Assembly: GCA_002269645.1 (NCBI GenBank)
Contig: NIVC01002150.1
Span: 124,001-188,000, forward strand
Reading direction: 5' to 3'
Source: Macrostomum lignano
Lineage: Eukaryota
DNA: 64,000 bases
The notes under the pieces were generated by a model. That model was not told where the DNA came from. It saw nothing but the letters and a program-made list of their open reading frames with translations, and ran no database searches. Each line of letters begins with the position of its first letter. Position 1 is the stretch's first letter. Made by a program: the position numbers and the translations under genes. Positions 11,925-25,400 of the stretch are shown piece after piece.

Positions 11925-12900
11925 TGTATAGTACAGTTTAGTAGGCGAGTGTAGATGTCAAGGGAGTGCTCTCTCAAAGTACATGATGTAAATGACCCGC
12001 ACTACTGAGAGCATAATGATGTAGCCATGAAAGTCTAACGACCCATAAGACATGAGCCATGGCAGGAGCCATGTGTAGGAGATAAAAATCTAGTGCTAAG
12101 CGACACGTGTTTGTGTTTAGCAAAGCCTTGTCTTCTTCTAGATTTCAGCAGGTTCAGGTTCAGATTCAGATGTCGGTATCAGGCTGTAAAACGGATAAAA
12201 TGCCTAATTGGCATTAAGAGTAAAGGTGAAAGCAAGGACCATTGCTGTAGAGTGGTCTACAACAGTGGTCCTTGGTGAAAGGCCTATGTAAACACAGGCC
12301 CTGTTGATTTTCACTTTCAATTGGGGCCAACACCGACATGCGTGACGATGAGAACTTAACGTTTAGCTTGTTATACAGTTATTGTTATTTAAATAGCCGA
12401 GATAAATAATAATTGCCTTAATAGTAGATTCCGGCTTTCCAAAGGATATGAGAAAAACGCATTTGATTTAATGTACTTCACGCGAAAGCAAATTTCAGAC
12501 GAATTAAACTTCTTGTTTCGTAGAAAACTACAGATCTAATCATTTAATAAAAAATGAATATCCGGACGTAGCTAAGCTAAGGTTGCTATGCTAAGGTGCA
12601 AGGTGTAACTAAGGTCGGAGGACTAAGGTCAACAGTTAGCAGTAGACTATATACTTAGACTACTCACGGTGGGTTCTAGTAAATTTCTTTGTAAATTGGT
12701 CAATCGATAATATCAATATGTAAGATCGAGGTCAAAGATGATGAATATAGCATTGGGCCTCCAGCTTCAATTGATAGGAAAAGCTTTTTATAGGGAAACT
12801 AAAGCCGTTTGTATTCCAATGTTCAATTTCTCAATAAAGACTGCATTACTTTAGCATTTTTTCCAATAGCCATAAGCCATAGGCTAGCTAGCAATACTTA
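11925..12900 (+). repeat. About 1-kb dispersed repeat, diverged direct copy of about 15410-16430
   Basis: Collinear shared blocks, e.g. TAAATGACCCGCA, ATGAAAGTCTAACGACCC, CAACACCGACATGCGTGACGATGAGAACTTAA, CTTCTTGTTTCGTAGAAAACTACA, GAGGTCAAAGATGATGAA. Confidence 0.85.
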
Positions 12901-12920
12901 TATTTAGTACTGTATATTAA

Positions 12921-13490
12921 TAGCCCTGTTCCCCCGTCCCCATCTTTCGACGGTCATCAATCGTCAGATCGATGACTGGGCTGACTCCCTCCACAGGGAC
13001 AGATGGGCGGGCACCCAAAACTGCCGGCAATCTCGTGCCGCAGTTCCGTGCCCCTCTCGCAGGCTCAGGAACGTCCTTCTGAACCAAAATCGGAAGGATA
13101 TTTGAGCCCTTGTCATGACCTTTACCGGCCATGGCTACCTCGCCAGGCACTGCTTCCTCCGAGGCGACCTCGATAGTGAGCATTGCCCCTTTTGCGAGTA
13201 CGACAATGAAGTTGCTCAGCACTTTGTCACTTCCCTTTCTTTACCAGAGACCGGCTACGCTACCTCGGGCCTAACCCGTCCATTGACGAGGTCTGCCAGC
13301 CCGACAGCATCTCACGGCTCATCCGGCTCCTCCAGGCGACTAGACGAGCCACTTTCTTCCCAACGGAAGATCACGCTGCAGGACGGACCGGCGGACCACC
13401 CTGACCCGGCGGACCACCTCTCTCTGCAGCTGGGGTCTCTGCCTGTCTGCGGGCCTTCAGGGACGGGAGTCTCCTGCATCAGTAGGCGCT
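12921..13490 (+). mobile_element. 3' fragment of a related Loa/Lian-like LINE subfamily
   Basis: Aligns to 2550-3040 (AATCGTCAGAT, CTGCCG-CAATCTCGTGC-GCAGT, AACCAAAATCG-AA-GATAT, MTFTGHG-LARHCFLR, CPFC). It is frameshifted and lacks RT. Confidence 0.85.
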
Positions 13491-13712
13491 AAAAATACAC
13501 ATGCATAACACGTGTTTCCATGCAGCAAGATGCGGCCAGTGCTTGACAGCCTATTATATAGCTGACTCAAGCTGCGTGTCTGAGAGACTGCCGAGAATGG
13601 GAACAGTGCAGCTGGGAAATGCGAATGAAATATCAGAAAGGATTTTGTTATTACGTGTAGTACCTGCGATCTGCGACCCTCCCGGCCTGTGGATGAGACA
13701 TTCGATGAGGCA

Positions 13713-14559
13713 ACAACAACAACAACAACAACAACAGAGTACGCTGCCAGATCACAAAAGCAGCGTCAGATGGCGCGCTTCAAAGCTTGGGCGCGAACAA
13801 AAGCCGCACCGCCGGCAGAGTCCGGGGCGCCGGCGTCAGCCAGCAGACAGTCGACGTAGCGCCGAGTCCTCGCCTGTCCCCGCCGGTAGGGTGCCTGCAA
13901 CGTAAGTAGCAGCACCTCCTGCACCGGCTCCGGGCAGTAGGCCTCGGCGCGGATGACGTGGCCTGCCAGCTGGAGTCGCCGACGGCGCAGCAGATCGCTA
14001 GGACGGGCCAGGCCGGCGCGATGATAGAGCGCCGTGTTGGTGACTCGCTCGTTGCCGATCTTGAAGGCGGCGCGCAGCAGGCCAGCGTGCGCCGCGTCGA
14101 CTTGAGCCTCGAGCGAGTCTGTCAGCGTCCAGGTCTCGGCGTTGTATAACAGGACGGTCTCGATCACCGCCTGGAACAGCGCCGCCCTCTGGCGGTCCGG
14201 TAGGGCCTCGGACTGCAGGACTGACCTTATAGAACGAAAGGCAGCCCAAGCAAGTCCTCGGCGACGCCGCAGATCCTCGCGGACGTCGGGAACCAGACCG
14301 CCGAGGTAGACGAACTGCTGACATCTTGGAAGCTCACTCGCCTGTCCGTCAGCGCCTCGGCAGAAGATTGCAGCCTCGGTGTCGTCCGGCACGCATAGCA
14401 CGACGGTCTTCTGCGTGTTGACCACCAGGCCGACGCTCGCCGCAACGGCAACCAGCCTATCCAGCTGTCGTTGGGCGCCCTCGACGGTCGAGGACAGCAG
14501 GGCGAGGTCATCGGCGTAGCCAAGCACGCTGAGCCGTCTCTCCGGTTGGCGTCGACCCA
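13713..14559 (-). mobile_element. 5'-truncated RTE-clade non-LTR retrotransposon
   Basis: ORF 13766-14560 has YADDLALLS, VNTQKT, FVYLG, LLYNAETW, RRLQLAGHV. The (GTT)n 3' tail appears as (CAA)8 at 13711-13736. 10-bp TSD CGATGAGGCA at 13703-13712 and 14560-14569. Confidence 0.93.
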
Positions 14560-14609
14560 CGATGAGGCATTATTACTTTATTCGGTAATATAGTTATTAT
14601 ATATCATTT

Positions 14610-14800
14610 AACTTCATTTGAGTATTCGAAAGCTGCATTTGAGTTTTTCAAAAGCATCATTTGAGCTATTGGAACTCATCATTTGAGTACGAGCGTATTC
14701 GAAATCATCACTCGAGTTATTCGAAATCATCATTTGAGTTATTCGAAAGCATCATTTGAGTTATTCGAAAGCATCATTTGAGTATTCGGAATCATCATTT
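14610..14800. repeat. Degenerate tandem repeat of about 22 bp (CATTTGAGTTATTCGAAAGCAT)
   Basis: About 8 imperfect copies. Confidence 0.75.
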
Positions 14801-14859
14801 AAATAATGTATGCATGTTACTTAATAAGTAATTATACATGTTAAGTATATTTACAAGTT

Positions 14860-16430
14860 AAGTAATTATACATGTCTACTATATTTTCAAGGACTAATAG
14901 GAACTTTATAGTAGTCCTTGACTATATTATCTGCATGTACAAACGGCACTGTATGAAGCATGTGTACGACCAGGACCACTGACAGAATTTAGTAGGCCCT
15001 GTGTGTACGCCTACATATTACAGTAGATACAAAATGTACATCCATCAGCCACTTATAAATGCAATAAATGCGATAATCCCAAAACTTCGAAAAGTCTCGT
15101 GGCCGCAAAAAGGCTCAGACTGCAGAGACACCAGTTGTTTCGTGGGCTGCATGCAATGCATCCAGTGTACTGGTAATTCTCCGGTAAAGGACGGTAAAAG
15201 TGCATCCGATATAAAAAATGATATAAAATAGCAACATTTTGAACTTCGCATCTGGCCTCATTATGTCTGCACATGTCTGCCAACTTTATGTCAGCACACA
15301 TATGCATACATACCCTTGTGTATGAATATTTTTCCTTAAAAAACATTTGTAAAAGCCTTCAGCTTAAGGTTTCCTTTTTCCATTGAATTTCAATATATCA
15401 TTAGGCACAGAATTCAGTATATAGGCGAGGGCAGATGTCAGAGGGAGTATAGCTAGTGCATAATTTTCTTAAGTGCATGACGTAAATGACCCGCAATACT
15501 ATTTAAGAGCATACTGAGTACCGATGTAGTCATGAAAGTCTAACGACCCCATTTTCCTTGGCGCAGCTAGGAGCCAGGATGTGTGGGAGTTAAAAAATCT
15601 AGTGCTTTAAGCGATATGTGTTTGTGTTTAGCAAAGTCTTGTCTTTTTCTAGATGTCAGGTTTAGGTTCTTTATTTAGGTTTTTTAAGGGTTTAGGTTAA
15701 GATTCAGATGTCGATTTCAGGCTGTAAAACGGAAAAATCCCTAATTGGCATTAAGAATAAAGGTAAAAGGCGCCCTGATTTTCACTTTTGGTTAACGCCA
15801 ACACCGACATGCGTGACGATGAGAACTTAATTTTTATATCTTGTTATATATTTATTGTTATTTTGATAGCCAGGTTAAAAGATTTTTATTTCAATAGTGG
15901 CCTCCAACTTGCCAAAGGATATGAGAAAAATGCACTTGATTTAATGTAGTCCACGCGAAAGCAAATTTTAGACGAAATAAACTTCTTGTTTCGTAGAAAA
16001 CTACAATAGTTGATAAAAGAGATAAAATATATTACGACGTAGCTTAGCATGCTATGCTATGCTATTGCTAATTTGCTAAGGTCTAACTAAGGACTAAGGT
16101 CAACAGCCAGCAGTCAGCTAGGCATAACTCCGCGCCAAAACTATAATTCAATACTAGTAGGCTATATACTTAGACTAGTCACGGCGGGTTCGAGTAAATT
16201 TCTTTGTAAATCGGTCAATCGAGTTCGAGTAATATTGATATGTGAAAATGTGAAATCGAGGTCAAAGATGATGAAGACATAGGGCTCCAACCCTAATTGG
16301 TGGGAAAAGCTATTTATAGCCTTATAGGGAAAACTAAACCCTTTTAAATTCCAAAGGTCAATTTCTCAATAAAGTCTGTATTGCTTTAATTTTAGTATTT
16401 TTTCATATAACCATAGGCTAGCAATATCTA
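14860..16430 (+). repeat. Uninterrupted copy of the dispersed repeat family found in pieces at 0.7-12.9 kb
   Basis: Matches 680-800, 3530-3840 and 11710-11770 in reverse and 11925-12900 directly. It contains an imperfect palindrome CAAGGACTAATAG...ATAGTAGTCCTTG near 14889-14922. Confidence 0.75.
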
Positions 16431-16482
16431 TAATCTAAATCTTCATCTTATACCATACTATACTAGGCCCCTATGCCATACT

Positions 16483-18005
16483 TAGGGGTTGGACAAGATC
16501 TTGATCTTGATTGTCAAGATCTCAGTACTTTTCTTAATCTCAATCTTTTTTAAGATCTCTAAAAAACAAAAAGTCAAGATTTGTGACTATATGACTAGGC
16601 CTATTGGTGACTACAATATTATCATATTTATGTTTGATATAGGCCTACATCTAGTTACCAACAAGCTCAATATTAAAAATTGTTTTTCCTTCTATTATGA
16701 TCATTGTACATATTTATCAAATAACAATATTGTAACATTGTCAGTTGAGGTGCCCCAACAAGGGCCATTTTAGTGAAAGCAGTGCCATTCTATAATATTG
16801 TTAATTTGATGGTCTCATACACTAACATCTGCTTATAGTAATGCCCAAAGAATTTTAAACAACATTGCGTGACATTCGTAAAGCTTATGTATAATATGAT
16901 CAATAATTTCTGTTTTCAAGTCGGTTTTCATTCTGGCCAATAGGAAAGCCATGCATAAATTATGCTAGCCTGAAATTAAGCTTTTGTTGCGCACCCACCC
17001 CCATCCCACTCGTTATCAGTTCTGTCTGGCTGGGGTGCCCGGGGTTAGGCTCTGTTTTCTCCTCTTCCTTCGCTTTGTACCTTTGCCTCCTGCCTTTCTT
17101 TCGTTCTCTCCTCTTTGCTCCGTCACAGTTCTAACCTACACCTCTGCCAAGTCTCAGTTGCGCCATTACCACTGCCAATTCTCAATCACGTCACCACTAT
17201 TGTTTGTATGGGGTTCTTGCTACAAGTACTACCACTATACAATCACTGCCATTATATCATCACCCATACATGCGCAACCTCCAAATTACAAGTCGGCCGT
17301 GGGACTTAGTTTTAACAAAAATGCAACGTAGTTTTTGGCCAAAAATGCAACTTACATATAAAAAAACCCAAAAGCAAAATTAATGCAACTTTGGGTAAAC
17401 GGCAGGAGTAACTATGACTGTCTTATAAAGCCAAAATGCCTTGTCAGCTACTTAGTACTACTACTTGGTGTTTTTTGGGTTGGCATTTTTGCGACTTCCT
17501 TGGTTGGCCGCCAAATCAGTCGGCCAGATCAGCCAACTCAGCCGACTGTTGCGCATGTATGTCATCGCCATTGCCTTAGGCTCATCAACTCGCTCTATCA
17601 TCTATCTTATTGTTATGCAGCCACCTAGTGTATTCCTTACAGATTCAGCAAAATACTTAGGTCCATCTCTATTAACAACCTAGATGGAATTGATAACTAA
17701 CAAGCCCTAACTATCTACTCATATGGATACAATAAAAGAATTGCAGCCATTGCCTATATCATTCATCACTATCATTGAGTGCTACCACTACCAAATTTGC
17801 CTCTGTTGTATTCACCTTTGTCATTTGATCCAAAGTATGCCATTTAATTGTCACAATTAGCACTAATAGATAGAATAGTGTAAATAGGCCTACTAGATGC
17901 TAATTAAATTAGGCTTAATCTCAAATCTTAATTGAATCTCAATTGTCTTGAAAGCATAGATCTTGAGCCTCAAAAATCTCAAAATGTGATATTGTCTAAC
18001 CCCTA
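16483..18005. mobile_element. Non-autonomous TIR element, probably hAT (TAGGGG termini)
   Basis: TAGGGGTTGGACAA at 16483 and TTGTCTAACCCCTA ending at 18005 (13/14 inverted match). Subterminal AGATCTTGA/AAGATCT repeats. Flanks GCCATACT and ACTATATT match 5/8 and all differences are transitions. Confidence 0.6.
17265..17561. mobile_element. 297-bp hAT MITE nested in the previous element
   Basis: Perfect 14-bp TIR CATACATGCGCAAC/GTTGCGCATGTATG. 8-bp TSD TCATCACC/TCATCGCC. Same family as 43247-46168 (shared TAAACGGCAGGAGTAACTATGACT). Confidence 0.88.
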
Positions 18006-21000
18006 ACTATATTATATATTAATAGCTATACAGCTATTTAAAATTTAGTTTATTTAAGTCATTCAAACATTGATATGCCATGTTATTTGTAGCAGATTAT
18101 ATAAAATCAAAAAATGTGTTAAATAAAAAGTAGGCCCAGATCTTATAATTAGTTTAAAAATCAAATATTACAATATATATAGTCCATATAATTATTACTT
18201 AAACTAATAGACATTTAATAACTTTATGGCCTATTCATAGGGCCTAGTATTAGTGTTTTTGAGGTAGGGCAAAGAAATAGAGATTATTTTCTCGCTTGTG
18301 GCTTGGTTGGCTGATACCAAATTGGGGTGGTTCTAACTTTCAAATTGTCACTGGCATTGAGCTCACACAAATTAAATCTGAAAAATTGTGCAGACAAATC
18401 CCAACAAAATTTCTCCTATAATACTCTGGCTGCCAGGGTCCTCAATTCTGGGGGAAGGGTAGTTTTGTTATTGGTAAGCAGTCTTCATTAGGCACAATTG
18501 TTCAGAGTTGGTCCTTAGACACCAAATTGGATGTAAATCAAATGCTTCAAATGCTTAAATGGTTACTATGAGTAGCCTAGTGCTGCCACCATTGTTATTT
18601 TCATATTATGGAACATTGAGGTCTCAGAGCTTTCTTTGAGATGAAACTTGGTTATTTTATGCCCCATGGGCAAATGACTCAAAATAGGCTATGGTTCTGA
18701 TTAGTTAATTTGTGATTAAAGATTGTTTAATGTTTATTAATAGCACTGAGAACTAAGGAAAATATTAGCTAGATTAAACAAGGTGACTTATTAATATTAT
18801 TTTGGCAACCTAACAATCAGATGATAGTTGGCAGTACCGCGGGTGCACTAATAGATGTTAAGCTAAAGTTATACACAAGCTAATAGACTCGATCAAGTTG
18901 TACTAATGGTTAAGTATTAATAATCAGTTAAAGTTATGAGAAAGGGAAGAGAAAGAAAAGGCAAGGTCAAGACAAGGTCAATGCTAGGGAGCATCATTAA
19001 ATAGAACAAAAAGAGCAGAATGTGGACAAATAGGGACAAACACTAGAGACAAAACATGGACACAAAAGACCAAACATGGAAATAGAATTTTGAAATTCAG
19101 TCAAACATAGAAAAACAAAAAATAACCAAATGGGGGATACACAAAACCAGGGAAAGGAGCAAGGAGGCCAAACCCAGGAAGCAAGAAAATGATGAAATTT
19201 TGCCATTAGGGGGCATCTTATGGTAGACAAAATGGGCCAACCCAGGTAACAGAAAAAGGGGGGTCATAAGATGGTCTGGAAAATTAATTTCTTAGCAGAA
19301 ATTTTCAGTGCATAGTAGTGCATATCAAAAGCTAACAACAAAATGAAACATCATGTATAGTACAGAATCAAATTGACATCAAGCTGACCAGTTGGAAGCA
19401 ACCATCATATTTTTTACCAATTGCTAATTTTAACTCTCAAACTGAAAAGTGCATAATGCAGTAGAAAGTTTTAAATTAAAAAGCACTAATAAAAGCTAAA
19501 AAATTATGTTTTATTACTTTGATTTAGTCTAAATTTTACTAGATCTTCTAGTGCCACTGCATTTTTGCTATGAATTTGTCAATAACAAATATAGGGCTTG
19601 GTGTAGAACTTTGTACTTTAGCTTCATGCATAGCATATACCAAAAATATACTAAAATGTAGGCCTATTCCTGAATACACACAACACTTTCCTTCAGGGAG
19701 TATTGAGGCCTAGTAGCCAAAAAGTCCCAAAATCCTAATGTAGAAAGTATATTAATCCTAGTAGTATAATCATGTATTGATTAGTTTTTACTTGTTTAAA
19801 ATGAAAAATAGTTATAAAAGCCTAACCAATTACCAATTTCTCAGAGAAATTATCAAGGTTCCATTTTCTAAATAAATTGCACCTCCCCTCTCCATCTCCT
19901 GTTTCCCTCCCTCTGTGTCTCTTGGCCTTCTCTCTATCTCCTTGTCTGTTTAACCACAATAATAATGGAAATTGGCATCCCAAAGAATGAACTACACAAA
20001 ATATATCTCATATTTAAACATGAGCAATAAATATTTTCTCCATGATAAGCAATCTTAACATGCATAGAAACATTGTTATTCTATTATATTTGATAAAACA
20101 AACCTTTTTTGGTAAATAAAGCTCTCTTTTCATAGAAGTTAGAACAGTCTCTATAAAGTATAGATTAATTAAAAATTAAACATATTGTCATTATTGAAAC
20201 TCTTGTTTTAATAACAATTTATCTAGAGTTCTGGATCTATAAAATACAACAATTATTTATAAAATTAGATATCTTTTCTTATTAGTCTCTATACCAGGGG
20301 TCCCTAACCTTCTACAGATAGTAGGCCACATTTACAACTGGCTTAGGTATGTGGGCCACACGCTCCTTCACTTCCTTTATCCCCCTCAACCCTTTTAACC
20401 CGCAACCCCTATATCCTTTACCTTGAATATTGATATTACCTAGCATTCCTTCTTACTTTTCACTTCAACTCTTGAATGCATATACATTTGTGCACTAGGA
20501 GTGGCTAAAATAGCAATCCAAATGAATTGAAGTGTCAGGAGCCACAGTGAAATCCAATGATAGACTCAGTGGGCTGAATGTAATGCAAACTTATTAAATA
20601 AAGTTTAAATAATGTTTCTTAATGAAAAGCTTCCATGTCTAAGGCTACTGGTATGTCCAAAAGAATAGTAGAATTACTATTAAAAGCAACAAATTAACTA
20701 ATCATGGTACTATCAAGCATTTTAAAGAACCAAAATATTAAGTTGAATAATTGATAATTAAAATTTAATCTTATACTAATTATACTGCATGGGCAAAACT
20801 AGTTTGAATTGCTAATTACTAAATACAATTATTTGCATTTGGTATTGGAACTCCAAATATTTATTAATCACAGAAGTTTTTTATCGCTGGCTAACATTGA
20901 ATCAGTGAATTGCAACTCTGTCCAATGTGTGCTCTGTGGCATTCATGAGTACACCAACAAGTGATATAGGAACTCTTACTGGTAAGTGAATATTTATTAT

Positions 21001-22488
21001 TTTCAAGCAGGTCTTGCTCAATTCGCTAGTTTAATGTTAATGAAATAATTTATGATATTTATTTTTGTACCTTAAGTGAGTAGTATAATGATTTATTAGC
21101 ATTTGAGGGAGACATGTCACAGAGGTTTGAAAATTAGAGAAATTTTAGGATTCAGCTCATGTTTCTATTTAATTGCTGCTTTTAGATTTTTACAGTTGCT
21201 GCGTTGGTCATTTAGTCTTTGCTTTATTTTATTTTTTTAGTTCAAATGTAACAACATGCATGTTAAATACTTAAAATTTCTACCCAATTATGCATACATT
21301 GCTTATGCACTTAGTGTTTTAATTATATGCTTTGCACTTTGCAATCAATGTTAATGTATGAAATACATCATATATTTACATGTAATATTAGTAAATTTCT
21401 TTGTTATAATGTGTCCTTGTAGACTGACTGCACTTAGGATATTGAAATCAGAAGTCATCAATACCTTGAAATGTATGTTGACCAAATTAATTGCTATTAG
21501 TAATGTCCGTTTCTAACTATGAGCAGTCATACTTATACTTAGTTGTTATTGCAATGAACTTGCACTTTTTAACAATCTAGAGCTTTGTCTTACTCTTTAA
21601 ACTGTCTCACTCTCAGCCTGTTGTTACTTTCATAGCTTTTTATCTTTGATAACAACTCTCTGTAGATGCTTTTTTGTCTCATGTAGCTAAGAGACGCCAA
21701 TGTTAGACATTCTTGTTAAGCAGACTGCTAATAGTAGTGCAGTATGCTGTGCATACACATTTTTTCTCTAAATCTCACAATCATGTTTGCCCTCTAAAAA
21801 CAGCCTTTGCTTTAACAGAATCTAATTGAATAACTGACTCTAGCAGTTTAAGAGTTTTAAGTTCTTCCATCTGATGCTAAGAAGTGAGCAGATGCAAAGG
21901 CAAGTACAACACTCGCATAGGAGACATTGCTGCGCTCATAAGCGCCTATTTGTGCTAGCACTAACCTATCGCAATCTGATACCATACGTGGAATCGAACC
22001 CGGGCCCTCCTTAGACTAGGCTTTGTTTTTATGTTAGAAACGTTTTTGTACATCAAAACTATCATCACTTTCCTAAATAACGATGAACTTTACAATTTGA
22101 CAGTTTGACAATTTCTTTTACCTTTTAAAATGCTATCAAAATGTTCTTTCCTAGCCAGAGGCAACATGTGCATGCTAATAAGGGCAGGCAGAGGTGTGCG
22201 GTGAGTGAAGGCTGGCTAGATGATAAGAATTTGGAAAGTTTATTAGCCTGAAAAGTGAGTGTCCGGCCCTACTCGACCGTCTCACAGCCTCGCTACTCAC
22301 TACTCAGTGTTAGTTTTTTCTCTTCACTTAAACAAACTCCCCTAGCAGTACTTATTGTTTAATTCGGGCGAGCGATTTCCTACCTAACTGACAGCCCTAG
22401 CAACCAGCCGCACGTGTACTTGTGCGCACTCGCGCCCAGTAGAATCCAGAGCCCCCCGTGGTGTGCGCGTGAGAGAGGCGAGAGACGA

Positions 22489-25400
22489 ATGCCATACCGT
22501 GTGCTGTATTGTACGGGTATTTTGTGCGTAAACAGAAATTATATATAATATATAATAGCAGCGGTTAGCCTCTGACCCAAGAGTTTTATTAATTTATTAT
22601 GCTAACAAAGACTAAGTCGTGTTTTATTCAGACACAAGGCTAGTTTTCTCACCCAAGCTCGATTATATATAATAACTAACTTGGCCTAGTAAGTAACTAA
22701 CCGCCGTCTATGTATTTCCTGTCGCAGATGTTCACAGCAACGAGAATTTGGCCGAAGTAGAACTAGTCTCCTTAGTGACCGAGTCGCTGCCGCGTTATAA
22801 ATTGCGCGCCGATCGGCTTGTTGAGCTGACCGGTTATGCTCACAAAGACTGGATAGACGTATCGCCTAGGCACAGACGGGCCTCCATCACAGCGGATCGG
22901 AAGGCCTCTAACGAGGCGTTGACTTATGAGCAGATTAGCAAATCGTTGGACTATTTTCTATTGTGCGGACTGAGAATTAGCCAGATGACTAAGGCTTATC
23001 ATGACATCGAGGCGGTCACCAGGCTGTTGGAAGAGGTTCGTGTTTTTCTTGTTCTATGTTGCTTTTTTTATTTGAATTTTTCATTCCTAGTAGGGCTACT
23101 TTTGCATACTTGTATCTGTGCACTCTTAAATCGTTTGTAGGTACCCTAGCAACTAAATCGGGGGGATATGTAGTTTATAGGACGTTATTGAAGTACCCTA
23201 GTAACTAAATCGGGGGGATATGTAGTTTATAGGACGTTATTGAAGTACCCTAGCAACTAAATCGGGGAGATATGTAGTTTATAGGACGTTATTGAAGTAC
23301 CCTAGTAACTAAATCGGGGAGATATGTAGTTTATAGGACGTGATTGATGTACCCTAGCAACTAAATCAGTGGATATGTAGTTTGTAGGACGTGATTGAAG
23401 TACCCTAGCAACTAAACAGGTGGATATGTAGTTTGTAGGAAGTGATTGAAGTACCCTAGCAACTAAATCAGGGGGATATGTAGTTTATAGAAGATTGAAG
23501 TGCCCTAGCAACTATATCTGGGTTTATTCAACTTATTGGATATTTAAATCGCCCCAATACACATTTTGTTATTCGCATTCGATGGCCAAATCTAATTATT
23601 CGAATCATACCGAATTATTAATTTCCCACAAACTCCCCAGCGCGAAACCGACCTGGAGCTGGCCGCCAGGATAGGCAAAGAGCTGCTAGAAAAGAATCGC
23701 GATCTGCAAGCAAAATGCGACATATTAGACGAACAGCTAACGCAGGAACGAGACGTTGTAAGTAGTGTTAAGCGGGTTTTCTATGCAAAAAAGCAAATGC
23801 CTAAAGATATTTTTGTGTACTATTTCAGGTGGCGCAGTTGCGACACGATTTGCATCTGAAGGAGGAGCTGCTGGCAATCTATGCTCAGAGCGAGGATTCC
23901 GAGGTCGCGGGCGCTTCGGCAAGCGAAGGGTATGTCAGAGTGCTGTGGGGCTGGTTGATTCTGTCACAGGAATGATTATTCATTCCCTCTCTGTCACAGG
24001 AATGATTATCCATTCTCTCTCTGTCACAGGAATCATTATCCATTCCCTCTCTGTCACAGGAATGATTATCCATTCCCTCTCTGTCACAGGAATCATTATC
24101 CATTCCCTCTCTGTCAAAGGAATCATTATCCATTCCCTGTCACAGGAATCATTATCCATTCCCTCTCTGTCACAGGAATGATTATCCATTCCCTCTCTGT
24201 CACAGGAATGATTATCCATTCCCTCTCTGTCACAGGAATGATTATCCATTCCCTCTCTGTCACAGGAATCATTATCCATTCCCTCTCTGTCACAGGAATG
24301 ATTATCCATTCCCTCTCTGTCACAGGAGTGATGATCCATCCCTCCCCACCCCTTCAGTGAGTCGCTGAGCCAGTCCGTGGGCAGTTTCGCCGGTGTTCAC
24401 CTCACAAACCTGGAGCGCAAAGTGAAGCAGCTCGAAGAGGAGAACATGCAGCTGCGGCTTGAGAAGTCCCGACTCAGCAGCGACACTGACGGCATGGAGG
24501 AGCGGGAGACGGCCTTGGTGAAGGACTGCATCAGGCAGCTGGCCGAGGCCAACCTGCACATCAAAGGCCTGTCTGACAATCTCAATCAGAAAACCGATTT
24601 GTACATTAGCCAGCAGACTGAGATTACCCAGCTGCTGACTAAAAATATCGAATTGGAAAGCAAGATTAAGCGGGTGAGTCTTGTTTTGTTAGGGTTGCTA
24701 ATTTAGCCTTTGGCAATGTGCTGGGTATAGTGGATTGCTAATCTAGCCTTTGGAAATGTGCTGGGTATAATGGATTGCTAATCTAGCTTTTTTGTCAATG
24801 TGCTGGGTATAATGGATTGCTAATTTAGCCTTTTTGCCAATGTGCTGGGTATAAAGGATTGCTAATCTAGCCTTTTTGCCAATGTGCTGGGTATAATGGA
24901 TTGCTAATCTAGCCTTTGGCAATGTGCTGGGTATAATGGATTGCTAATCTAGCCTTTGGCAATGTGCTGGGTATAATGGATTGCTAATCTAGCCTTTGGC
25001 AATGTGCTGGGTATAATGGATTGCTAATCTAGCCTTTGGCATTGTGCTGGGTATAATGGATTGCTAATGTGTTGGGTATAGTGGGTTGCTAATCTAGCCT
25101 TTTTGCCAATGTGCTGGGTATAATGGATTGCTAATCTAGCCTTTGGCAATGTGCTGGGTATAATGGATTGCTAATCTAGCCTTTGGCAATGTGCTGGGTA
25201 TAAAGGATTGCTAATTTAGCCTTTTTGCCAATGTGCTGGGTATAAAGGATTGCTAATCTAGCCTTTGGCATTGTGCTGGGTATAGTGGATAGCTAATGTA
25301 GCGTAAAATAGATCAGCTATCGATTTTTTTATCGTCAATATGTAAACAGCTTAAAAGTACATAATAGATTTTCGAAATGTATAGTAGTATTTAGCGGATT

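Noticed and set aside
18010-22200. Coding potential in the AT-rich block (similarly 40000-42700)
   Set aside because: Only short low-complexity ORFs are present, with faint decayed TIR-like pieces (e.g. CAGGGGTCCCTAACC near 20296) that have no partner.
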